A stretch of 34,440 bases of DNA, taken from Planctomycetota bacterium (GTDB lineage Bacteria; Planctomycetota; B15-G4). The translations under genes were made by a program, and so were the position numbers. This document shows positions 25,961 through 34,360 of the stretch, one piece after another. The first letter of the stretch is position 1. Each line of letters opens with the position of its first letter. The notes beneath the pieces were generated by a model. That model did no database searches, was not told the origin of the DNA, and saw only the letters and a list, made by a program, of their open reading frames with translations. The stretch covers positions 1 to 34,440 of the forward strand of contig JAZALG010000005.1 in assembly GCA_036229545.1 (NCBI GenBank). The letters run 5' to 3'.

Positions 25961-28900
25961 TTATTTTTCCTTCAAATCAGCGGCATCTTCAATCGTTCTA
26001 CTTGAGCGACGTCGCCATCCAACGACAAGGCCAAGGCAGAGAAGTATCACCCCCAGGCGAGTCACGGTCGTTCCTTGCTGAGAACTCTCCGGATCATAGT
26101 GAAATACGACCCTGCTCTGCCCTGCGGGGACTTGCACAGCCCTAAAAGCAAAGAAGGCCGGCGACCACTCGACACGTTCACCATTGACTGTGACCTCCCA
26201 CCCGGGGAAGGCCGTGTCCGTGACGCACAGCCATCCCGGCGCATCCGTCACGCAGTCCATCTCCACACGATCAGATTGACGCAAAATCTGCGTCACCTGG
26301 TGTTTGGATATTTTCGGTTTTACAGCCACTTCGCCCCCCTTGCCAGGAGCCGACATGGGAGAAACACCTTCATTTTCAACGGCAATGAGATTCTTCCAAT
26401 CAAGACGCTCCCGATACTCCTTCGAGAGGGCAAGAGCGACGTGATCGAGATGCTGGCGAGCCAAACGAAGAGGGTGGCCATCCTCCTCACGAGCTGGCGG
26501 AGACAGGTAGTCCGTAATCGAAGCCGCTTCGGGAACAAAAAACGCGCGCGTCCGAGGGCCCGTATAGCGATGGAGAACGACCCCGCCGGTCTCCACCACC
26601 TTTTCAACAGGGGCCCCGACAGGGGGAATCCAGGTCGCCGGCCCCAGGATGAACGCAACATCCAGAAGGGCAAAGAGGGGGTGCGACACATCGAGGGTTT
26701 CTCCTGGATGCACGGCCCGCTCTGGTGGTGGTCGAAGCATGGTGAGAAAACGATCAAAACGCTCCACGCCCAGCGCGTCATAGGCTCGAACATCCGACAA
26801 CCCATAGACCGATGCTGTGTTGGGCGGGAGGAGATCTCTTCCGACCGACCAGATTCTGAATCCACCTGGGTCTTTGGCCGCCTCCATCTGGAGTTGCTCC
26901 AGCACGGGAGGAGCGGGGTAAAGAAGGTCCCCAGGTGCCGTCGGGTTAAAGCCTCGGGCAAAAAGAAGAGCGTCCGCCGTCACCACGGCCAGTCCAACCC
27001 AGGCGAGAGCGCCTCGCTCTCTCTTCCCGAGAGTCCCCCATGCGAGAACCCCCAGCGCCAGCAGGCCTAAAACCCAACGTTCTTTCCCCGCAGGCTGGCC
27101 AGGCTGATAGCGCAGAGCACGATCCTCAATGAGCAATGACCTGTCTTCATCCTCCAGCGTCACCCTGAGCCACACCGCCCCTCCCTCAAAGGTCTGCAGG
27201 TCACCATCCCAAGAAAAACCGCACCGGTCCGCGAAGGGATGGGCGCGAAGCGTTGGGGGAAGGGCCATCTCAGGTGAACCCATGTCCTTCGCATCGACGT
27301 GCTGCACAACACGTCGTCCAGCCTGTACCAGTTCAATCACCACGTTCGGTCGAGTCGCCCCAGTAAGAGCCCACCCTCTCACGGCAACCCTGTCTCCCTG
27401 ACCCAAAACGTCGGTCACGGGAACAACACCTCCACCCAGCCCCATGGCGGTAAAACTCGGAACTTCGGTCCCTGGAAAAGGTGTAGCACCCTCTTCGATC
27501 AAAGATTCTTCGATTCCATGGGGGACGAGAGCGTCCATAAAGGAGGACATGGGCAGCAGGGGTGCGACAGCAAACCCCGCCATCAAGGGAAGGCCAAGGC
27601 GCCAAGAGCATTGGATCGGTCGCCGGCCTTGGATTTTTCCTGTGAGCAAATCGAGCCCAAAAGCCGCGAGAATGGATCCCGCAAAGGCCATCCAGAGCAT
27701 GAGACGGTTGTTGTGGCTGACGTTGAGCAGGGGCAACCGGTTCACAAGGGGTCCGAGGAGTGGAACTTGGTAGGCAATGATGAATCCGAGGGCCCATAAC
27801 CACTTCACCGCTCCCAGGCCCTTGTTTCTCAACGGACCACACACTGCGGCAACAAAGGCGAGACCAAGAGTGAGCAGGCCAATATAGGCGCCGTTACATT
27901 CCAAATAGGATCGAAGTCCCGCGAAGGGCACTCCTCGGGCCGGAACAGGGTGGCCATAACTATCCGGGTGAACGAGGAGACGGAAAAACGGTGACAGACC
28001 CAGAGAGTCTGCGAGTGCGATTCCTCCGGCAAAGATCAACGCAAGAAGTGCTGCCCCTCCCCAGCACGCACTCCCCCACTCTTCCGCATCAAGCGTGGAT
28101 CGACCAACCTTCAATCCCAGGCCAACAAGCCCCGCCAGGATCAGCCACCCTCCTCCCTGCTCCCAAGGGATCCGGCGCCAGACATCGGAGTAACTCACTC
28201 GATTGGCGTAGGCCGTTGATTCACCGAGGTACTCCAAGAAAGGCACAAGTTGAATCCCCGCGACAAGGAGGCCCACGACGGCCCAACCGGCAAGACCCAG
28301 CCATGCTTTCCGCCCCTCTTCACCCCTTCCAAGGGTGCGCAGCGTGACAAAGAGGCCGACAGCAAGTGATACATGGAGTGCTGTTTCCACGTGCCCCGAA
28401 AGCAGCATGGCCCCCACCAATCCCGCCCAGACCGGACCATCCCACCATCGAGTACCCTTCTCCACCCTCTCCTGCGCAAAGAAAAGGAGTACGGGGAGAA
28501 ACATCGAAACGGAAGCCTGGGGCCATCCCAGCCACATCCAGTGAAAGCCGGAGAAACTAAATGCTGTGGCAGCAACGAGAGAGCCCAGCACGGACGCGCC
28601 CAGGGCTCGGGCAAAGAGAGCGGTAAAACACGCCGCCACCACCACCTTGAGAAGAGCCGCCAAAAGAAGTGCCGTCTCGAAAGAGCACAGACGATGGAGC
28701 CAGGCCACGGGAGAGTAGAGCGCGCTCTGAAGATTGGCAGCAAAGGGCTGCCCCGCAGCAGCGCGCTCGTTCCAAAGCACCCCTTCCCCGGAGGCCCACC
28801 GTTCTCGTGCGAGAGAGAACCAGGGCTGAAACTGGGTCACCTGATCACTCAGGGTTGGATTCCCCGGAGCGAAGCCCTCTTCTGCCAAAACCCGCCATGG

Positions 28901-29041
28901 TTCATGGACGAGCAACATATCGCTCGGAGACAACACCTCATTTCCAACGATGGCGGGCCAAAACAGCAAGGCGAGCAAAACTGCCGCCCCAGCGGTAGCC
29001 AGCATTCCGGTACGTAGGCGGGAATGAGAGGCGACGGTCAC
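25961..29041 (-). CDS. YfhO-family integral membrane protein (putative GT-C glycosyltransferase)
   Basis: DQVTQFQPW...LWN...GQPFAANLQSALYSP, AFSFSG, QLVPFLE, YIG, many TM helices, C-terminal GWLCVTDTAFPGW.V.VNG...FRAVQVPAG..V.F.Y.P.S. Confidence 0.85.
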   Translation of the reverse strand: MTVASHSRLRTGMLATAGAAVLLALLFWPAIVGNEVLSPSDMLLVHEPWRVLAEEGFAPGNPTLSDQVTQFQPWFSLARERWASGEGVLWNERAAAGQPFAANLQSALYSPVAWLHRLCSFETALLLAALLKVVVAACFTALFARALGASVLGSLVAATAFSFSGFHWMWLGWPQASVSMFLPVLLFFAQERVEKGTRWWDGPVWAGLVGAMLLSGHVETALHVSLAVGLFVTLRTLGRGEEGRKAWLGLAGWAVVGLLVAGIQLVPFLEYLGESTAYANRVSYSDVWRRIPWEQGGGWLILAGLVGLGLKVGRSTLDAEEWGSACWGGAALLALIFAGGIALADSLGLSPFFRLLVHPDSYGHPVPARGVPFAGLRSYLECNGAYIGLLTLGLAFVAAVCGPLRNKGLGAVKWLWALGFIIAYQVPLLGPLVNRLPLLNVSHNNRLMLWMAFAGSILAAFGLDLLTGKIQGRRPIQCSWRLGLPLMAGFAVAPLLPMSSFMDALVPHGIEESLIEEGATPFPGTEVPSFTAMGLGGGVVPVTDVLGQGDRVAVRGWALTGATRPNVVIELVQAGRRVVQHVDAKDMGSPEMALPPTLRAHPFADRCGFSWDGDLQTFEGGAVWLRVTLEDEDRSLLIEDRALRYQPGQPAGKERWVLGLLALGVLAWGTLGKRERGALAWVGLAVVTADALLFARGFNPTAPGDLLYPAPPVLEQLQMEAAKDPGGFRIWSVGRDLLPPNTASVYGLSDVRAYDALGVERFDRFLTMLRPPPERAVHPGETLDVSHPLFALLDVAFILGPATWIPPVGAPVEKVVETGGVVLHRYTGPRTRAFFVPEAASITDYLSPPAREEDGHPLRLARQHLDHVALALSKEYRERLDWKNLIAVENEGVSPMSAPGKGGEVAVKPKISKHQVTQILRQSDRVEMDCVTDAPGWLCVTDTAFPGWEVTVNGERVEWSPAFFAFRAVQVPAGQSRVVFHYDPESSQQGTTVTRLGVILLCLGLVVGWRRRSSRTIEDAADLKEK

Positions 29042-29108
29042 CGCAACATTCTACGAACCCCAGGCACCCGGTTCCGAGTGACCTTGCTGCCATGTTCCCC
29101 GGCGAGGG

Positions 29109-29120
29109 AAATAAAAATAA
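29109..29120 (-). terminator. U-rich tract directly after the closing stem of the candidate ncRNA
   Basis: Minus strand ttatttttattt follows the 12-bp closing stem; such an AT-rich run is unusual in this GC-rich window. Confidence 0.4.
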
Positions 29121-29285
29121 GTTGCCTGCGCGAAGACGCGACGCAAGGGCTGGCGTCAGGTCCTTTGAATCGCCCCGTACCCCTCATTCACCGTTTACCA
29201 CCCAGCAAACGACGACGGAGGAGACAATGCCAAGGATTCTCGGAACCAAAAACCAGATCTGAACGGCGATCACCACGCAGGCAAC
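29121..29285 (-). ncRNA. Candidate structured ncRNA, 6S RNA-like (long irregular hairpin with central bubble)
   Basis: Manual folding: 12-bp closing stem (gttgcctgcgtg/cgcgcaggcaac), nested stems, an asymmetric internal bubble, and a 12-bp apical stem with its loop at 29200-29203 (midpoint of the element). Many G-U pairs form only on the minus strand. Confidence 0.6.
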
Positions 29286-29291
29286 CTTCCG

Positions 29292-29298
29292 TAGAATA
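29292..29298. promoter_or_regulatory. Overlapping divergent -10-like hexamers (TAGAAT on +, TATTCT on -)
   Basis: TATTCT (-) lies 7 nt upstream of the ncRNA 5' stem; TAGAAT (+) lies about 45 nt upstream of the ALDH GTG. No clear -35 on either strand. Confidence 0.3.
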
Positions 29299-29341
29299 CA
29301 CCCCTTCAACAATCCGTGGGGCTTTTCAGGAGATTCTCGCC

Positions 29342-30736
29342 GTGACCGTCGAATCAACTTCGCCAATACACGCCTTCGAAACGACAAATCCAGCCACTGG
29401 AGAAGTCCTTTCAAAAATCACTATCAGTCAGACAGAAGACGTTCATGCCGCCGTCGCAGCAGCACGTCACGCACAGCCAGCATGGGCAGCTCAAGGCATC
29501 GCGGCACGAATCGATGCTCTTGAAAAAGTCGCGGCACGCTTCGAAAACCAAGACCTCCTCGACAACATCGCCCAGCAGATCACCGCCGAGATGGGCAAGC
29601 CCGTTGAACAGGCTGGACGAGAAGCTGCCGCCGTCGCCCCCGGTATCCGACGCCTCGGGCAAGCCTGTGCCGAAGCCCTGGAGCCCGAGCAGGTGGAAGA
29701 AGGCGAGACCACGAGCCTCATCACTCGAGAGCCGCTTGGAGTCGTCGCTGCGATCACACCCTGGAACTTCCCTTTGGGAATGGCCAAGGAGGTCATCGTG
29801 CCGGCTCTTGTGGCCGGCAACACCGTGGTCTTCAAACCCTCAGAAATTACACCTCTGTCCGGCGAGGCTTTTCTTCGGCCCTTTGTGGAGGAGTTGCCAG
29901 CCGGCGTGGTGCAGTTGGTGCAGGGCCTCGAAGAAGCCGGTCGCGACCTAGTCGCGGCTGACATCGACATGGTCGGATTCGTAGGAAGCGTCACTGCCGG
30001 ACGACACATCATGGCGGCCTGTGCTCCCTCCTTGAAACGCATCGTCCTCGAGTTGGGCGGCAAAGACCCCATGATCGTCTGCGAAGGGGCGGACCTCGAA
30101 GCGGCCGCTGATTTTGCAGTCCGAGAGTCCATGCGGAATACGGGTCAGGTCTGTTGCTCCGTGGAGCGGATCTATGTGGAGCGCTCGGTGGCCGAAGCCT
30201 TCACCGACAAGGTCGTCGAAAAAGCCAAGGAGGTCACCTTTGGCGACGGACAGGACGACGTGTTCATGGGTCCCATGGCGCACAAGAGCCAGAGAGACAA
30301 TGTTCTCTCCCAGATCGACGACGCCACATCCAAGGGCGCCGACCTTCTCTACGGAGGGAAGGCCGCTGATCGCCCGGGCTGGTTCATGCTGCCCACCGTG
30401 ATTACCAACGTTGACGAGTCGATGGACATTTTGCGGGAAGAGACCTTTGGTCCCGTCGCCACGATTCGCCCCGTCGACAACGTGGAGGAGGCCGTCCACC
30501 TTGCCAATGCTTCAGAGTTTGGACTCGGCGCTTCCGTTTGGACGTCTGACAATCAATCTGGCTGCAAGGTGGCTTCTCAACTGGAGTCAGGGCAGGTGGG
30601 CGTCAACCGGGGCCTTGGTGGAGCCGGCGACCCTCCTTGGTGCGGTGCCAAGCAGAGCGGCTTTGGTTTCCTTGGAAGCGCAGACGGATATCGGCAGTTC
30701 ACACGCCCACGCACTCTCTCCTGGAACAAAGAATGA
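29342..30736 (+). CDS. NAD(P)-dependent aldehyde dehydrogenase family protein
   Basis: ITPWNFP, FKPSE, LELGGKDP, catalytic Cys in NTGQVCCS, EETFGP, GAKQSGFG. GTG start at 29342 after an AGGAG SD; the ORF-track extension to 29024 is probably spurious. Confidence 0.93.
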   Translation: MTVESTSPIHAFETTNPATGEVLSKITISQTEDVHAAVAAARHAQPAWAAQGIAARIDALEKVAARFENQDLLDNIAQQITAEMGKPVEQAGREAAAVAPGIRRLGQACAEALEPEQVEEGETTSLITREPLGVVAAITPWNFPLGMAKEVIVPALVAGNTVVFKPSEITPLSGEAFLRPFVEELPAGVVQLVQGLEEAGRDLVAADIDMVGFVGSVTAGRHIMAACAPSLKRIVLELGGKDPMIVCEGADLEAAADFAVRESMRNTGQVCCSVERIYVERSVAEAFTDKVVEKAKEVTFGDGQDDVFMGPMAHKSQRDNVLSQIDDATSKGADLLYGGKAADRPGWFMLPTVITNVDESMDILREETFGPVATIRPVDNVEEAVHLANASEFGLGASVWTSDNQSGCKVASQLESGQVGVNRGLGGAGDPPWCGAKQSGFGFLGSADGYRQFTRPRTLSWNKE

Positions 30737-31218
30737 CCGGCGAAAACCCTCCTTCACAAAACACCAAAGATCGCCCCGCAGAGTGGCTGCCCGTCGAGGA
30801 GTCATCCACGTGGTACGAGGATGGTCTCCGTTTTGAATGTCAGGCCTGCGGGAAGTGCTGCCACAACCACGGAGAGGGTTACGCCTTCGTCTACTCCTCT
30901 CGGCCCGAACGAATCGCGATTGCGAAGAAACTCAATCTGAGTCTGAAGGCCTTAGAAGAAAAATACTGTGAACGGGTCACGGGAGGCTGGTCCTTCAAGT
31001 CCCGAGGAGATGCGTGCATTTTCCTGAACAAAAACAATCAATGTTCCATTTACTCCCTGCGCCCCTCTCAATGCCAAACTTTCCCCTTCTGGCCGGAACT
31101 CCTTGAGACCCAAGACAGGTGGGAGCGAGATGTGGCATCATTCTGTCTCGGTGTCGACCAAGGCCCTCTCCACGAGGCCCCCGAGATCCAAAATTATCTC
31201 GATCAATCCAACCCCTAG
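30733..31218 (+). CDS. YkgJ family cysteine-cluster (putative Zn/Fe-chelating) protein
   Basis: WYEDGLRFECQACGKCC...CIFL...CSIYSLRPSQCQTFPFW...CLG; ATGA overlap with the ALDH stop. Confidence 0.88.
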   Translation: MTGENPPSQNTKDRPAEWLPVEESSTWYEDGLRFECQACGKCCHNHGEGYAFVYSSRPERIAIAKKLNLSLKALEEKYCERVTGGWSFKSRGDACIFLNKNNQCSIYSLRPSQCQTFPFWPELLETQDRWERDVASFCLGVDQGPLHEAPEIQNYLDQSNP

Positions 31219-31268
31219 GCCCTCTGCACGACAAGCGACTTCCTTCTTCACAGGTTAAACGTTCCACA

Positions 31269-32135
31269 ATGTCCACCATTCGTCATCTCTCTGCCGAAGA
31301 CGTCAAAAACCTCATGCCATCCATGCAGGAGGTCATCGACCTCGTTGAAGAGGTACTTCGACAAATCGGTGATGGCTCTGCCCGCGATGACATGAACATG
31401 GCGGCGAGCACCGACGAGGACACGCCCTCCATCCAATTGAATGACGCAGAGACGGGATCTTCTCGAGCCGTGATGGATGCATCTCACATCACGACAGCCC
31501 GAGCAGGCGCCTGCACTGCCATCACTGCCCGGCAACTTGCCGATCCCAACAGCGAAGTTCTTACGATCATCGGATGCGGAATCCAAGGGAAGGCCAACCT
31601 TGAAGCTCTCCTCGCAGTCTTTCCCGGAACGGAGCGGATGCTCTGCTACGACTCGGATGTTCAGAGGCAGGAGGCCTTTGCCGACGAAATGATGACGACC
31701 TTCGATTTGGCCTCCATCATTCCTCCAGAACCCCAAGAAGCTGTCGAGGGTGCACAGATTCTCGTGACCGCAACCTCCGACCCAAGCGCCCCAAAACCCT
31801 TCATCGAACCCGACTGGATCCAAGAAGGCACTCTTTGTGTCGCGCTCGACTTTGACACGGCCTTTACAAAAGAGGCCTTTACCGCCGCCAGTCGCCTCGT
31901 TGCAGACGACATCGGTCAGTATGAAACCTGCCGAGCAGAAGGCCACTTTGCGGACGGTCGAGTGCCGGATGCTGACCTCCCCTCCATCCTCTCGGGGAAG
32001 GCCCCCGCGAGAGGAGATGACAACCCGACAGTTCTCGCTGTCCATCTCGGCATGGAAGCCCTCGATGTCGCCCTCGCCACCCACATCCTTGACCGCGCCG
32101 AGCGTGAGGGGTGTGGGACAGAACTCCCCGCATAG
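31269..32135 (+). CDS. Ornithine cyclodeaminase/mu-crystallin family protein with shortened substrate-binding domain
   Basis: LNDAETG..AVMDASHITTAR, Rossmann IIGCGIQG, ILVTAT, GMEALDVALA; 288 aa from ATG 31269. Confidence 0.82.
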   Translation: MSTIRHLSAEDVKNLMPSMQEVIDLVEEVLRQIGDGSARDDMNMAASTDEDTPSIQLNDAETGSSRAVMDASHITTARAGACTAITARQLADPNSEVLTIIGCGIQGKANLEALLAVFPGTERMLCYDSDVQRQEAFADEMMTTFDLASIIPPEPQEAVEGAQILVTATSDPSAPKPFIEPDWIQEGTLCVALDFDTAFTKEAFTAASRLVADDIGQYETCRAEGHFADGRVPDADLPSILSGKAPARGDDNPTVLAVHLGMEALDVALATHILDRAEREGCGTELPA

Positions 32136-32153
32136 TTCACCTGAGTTAGGACG

Positions 32154-32861
32154 ATGACCGATTCTCGCACTCTCCTGATCATCCCGACCAAGAACGAGCA
32201 CCAGACCATTCACCGGGTCATGGAGGAGGTCGTTGCCCTTGGGATCGATGATCTCCACGTCCTCGTCGTAGATGATGACTCCATTGACGGAACTTGGCGA
32301 ACCTATGGCACCCGGTGGGCTGCGGACAGCGAACATCACCACCTGTTGAGACGGTGCGGTCCTCAAAAAGGCAGAGGTTACGCGCTCCGCGAGGCCTATC
32401 AGTGGGCCTTGGATCATGAGCCTGGCTATGACTTTGTCTTAGAAATGGCCGGGAATACAACCGACGACCCCAGCGTCCTCCAATCCATGCAGGAGGCTCT
32501 TTCCAGTGGATCGGATGTGGTCATCGCCGAGCGGGAGCAAGGCGGCGAACCTTCCACAGAGGGCCCTCGGAGGACCCAGACCCTGGCCCGCATGGCAACG
32601 GGTGCCCCCGTCCACGACATCGAGAGTGGATTCCGGGGTTATCAGAGGGAAGTCCTTGAAGCCATCCTTCCTCGCCTCAAGGCCACCAGTCACGGCATCA
32701 AGGCGGAGGTCCTCGCTGCCGCGACCCGAAGGGGCTTTACCGTAACCGGCATCCCGGTAGCGTCCCGCCTTCTACCTGACGACGGCTACGCCCAGGGTGG
32801 AAACGCGTCTCCCCTCCAACTCCTGACCCTCTGGGTTCGTCGACTGTTCGGCCTCGTCTAA
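32154..32861 (+). CDS. GT2 protein resembling polyprenol-phosphate mannose synthase (Dpm1/Ppm1), DxD motif absent
   Basis: IIPTKNE, VLVVDDDSIDGT, YDFVLEM, D..SGFRGY; EMAGN sits where EMDAD is expected. Confidence 0.78.
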   Translation: MTDSRTLLIIPTKNEHQTIHRVMEEVVALGIDDLHVLVVDDDSIDGTWRTYGTRWAADSEHHHLLRRCGPQKGRGYALREAYQWALDHEPGYDFVLEMAGNTTDDPSVLQSMQEALSSGSDVVIAEREQGGEPSTEGPRRTQTLARMATGAPVHDIESGFRGYQREVLEAILPRLKATSHGIKAEVLAAATRRGFTVTGIPVASRLLPDDGYAQGGNASPLQLLTLWVRRLFGLV

Positions 32862-32884
32862 GGCCCCTGCCGGTCCAGCCCCTC

Positions 32885-34360
32885 TCAAGAGCCAGAGGCT
32901 TCAACTTCTTGGCTTGTTGAAACCGGTTCAACCCGATCTGCTTCCATGTCCTTGCCATTCTGATGGAGAATGAGGCCCACCCCCCGGCCTTCTCCGTCGA
33001 GTTCGAAGGTGATGGCCGCATCAACAACCCTGTAGTGAAACTTGAGAAGAGCCTCGGGAAAAATTCGAACAGCCGACTGCCCCGTCAATTGAGCTGTGAG
33101 AAAGTCGCCCTCTCGTTTCACGCGAAGCCCGAACCCCGGGAAAAAAGCATATTCGCCCACGAGGCGATCCAAATCCTCTGGTGCGATTTCCAGCGTCATG
33201 GGAAGGTCCAGGGGGCCGACAGGCCGTCCCGCGAAGAGATCCAAGAGCCGCCATCCGATGCCATCCACCACCCCGGTGCTGGCATTGGTGAGAATCACAA
33301 CCACCGAATCGGATTCCGGCTCCACTCCGAGAAAAGCATGGTAGCCCCCAGTCTGCCCTCCGTGCTGCCACACCGTCAGATCTCGAGAGATGTGCCATCC
33401 CAGTCCCATCCAAACTTCTTCGCTAACTTCCCGGCGGGGTACGAGAGTCGCGGCAAAACTCGGCCGAAGGGCGCTTGCCTTCGATGGGAGATCTCCTAAA
33501 AACCCTCGGCCAAACGCCAAGAGATCCTTCGCAGAGGAACGAATGCCTCCGGCACCCACGAGAGACGCGAGGGCCCAGGGCTTGGCGGCATTCCCGTCGC
33601 CGTCATGACCGGGCGCGAAACGACCCTTGATGAGCGGGTTAAGAATCACTGTGGTGGAAGACAGCCCCATGGGATTCCAAATCCATTCCCTTGCCAGAGC
33701 CTCGTATTCCTCGGGTCCGCCTTCGGTCTCCTTCGCGACCCGCGAAAGGACGTGGCCGAGCAGTCCCACGGCAAGATTGCTGTATTCATAGGATTCCCCG
33801 GGTTCACGACCGAGCTCATGGTCCTTGAGAAAGGCCTGAAGCAGTTCAATGTCGTAGTCCGCGTAGGGATCTTCCATGTCTGCCCAGGTCATGTTGTCAG
33901 GTAGCCGTGGCAGTCCGGAAAAGTGCGTGGTCAAATCGAGAAAAGTAATCGGCCGTTTTTCTCCAGCGGGCATCCCCACATCTTATGGCAGCCATTCCTC
34001 CACGGGATCTTCCAGCGTGACATGCCCCCTCCGTACGGATTCTGCAAGAAGGACAGCCGTAAAGACCTTCGAGATGGAGCCAATTTCATAGAGCGTATTC
34101 TCGTTCGGGGTGCGCCCGTCTGCAGCGGAAAAGCGACCAACTCCCACGAATCCCGTTTCATCCCCCGACGACCACCCCACCACTAATCCAGGAACGCGAC
34201 CACTCAACACCATGGAGAGTGCCATGGTCTCCACCCTTTCTTTGAGCGAGTCGTCCCGTGAATCCCACTCACAGCCGAAAAGCCCGGAGAAGGCAATCAG
34301 CACGACGAGGCCGACGACTCCCCGGCGATATCTCAATTGGTGAGAGGTTGTCATGAACAT
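32885..34360 (-). pseudogene. Class C beta-lactamase-like serine hydrolase (probable lipoprotein, DUF3471-like C-terminus) interrupted by one in-frame TAA
   Basis: ORFs 33983-34360 and 32885-33979 share a frame: ...EEWLP-TAA-DVGMPAG.... Lipobox LFGC and YEIGSISK lie upstream of the stop; LTTHFSGL, YSN and HGGQTGG lie downstream. Confidence 0.85.

Noticed and set aside
26075-27070. 331-aa plus-strand ORF
   Set aside because: Antisense shadow of the YfhO-like gene.
29121-29285. MITE or IS remnant, given the 10-bp terminal inverted repeat; also SRP RNA
   Set aside because: No target-site duplication is evident and pairing continues internally through strand-specific G-U pairs, which fits RNA structure. 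The SRP domain IV motif was not found.
29024-29341. 106-aa N-terminal extension of ALDH in the ORF track
   Set aside because: No ALDH similarity, overlaps the yfhO start and the candidate ncRNA; an SD precedes GTG 29342.
31248-32417. 389-aa minus-strand ORF
   Set aside because: Antisense shadow of the OCD-like and GT2-like genes.
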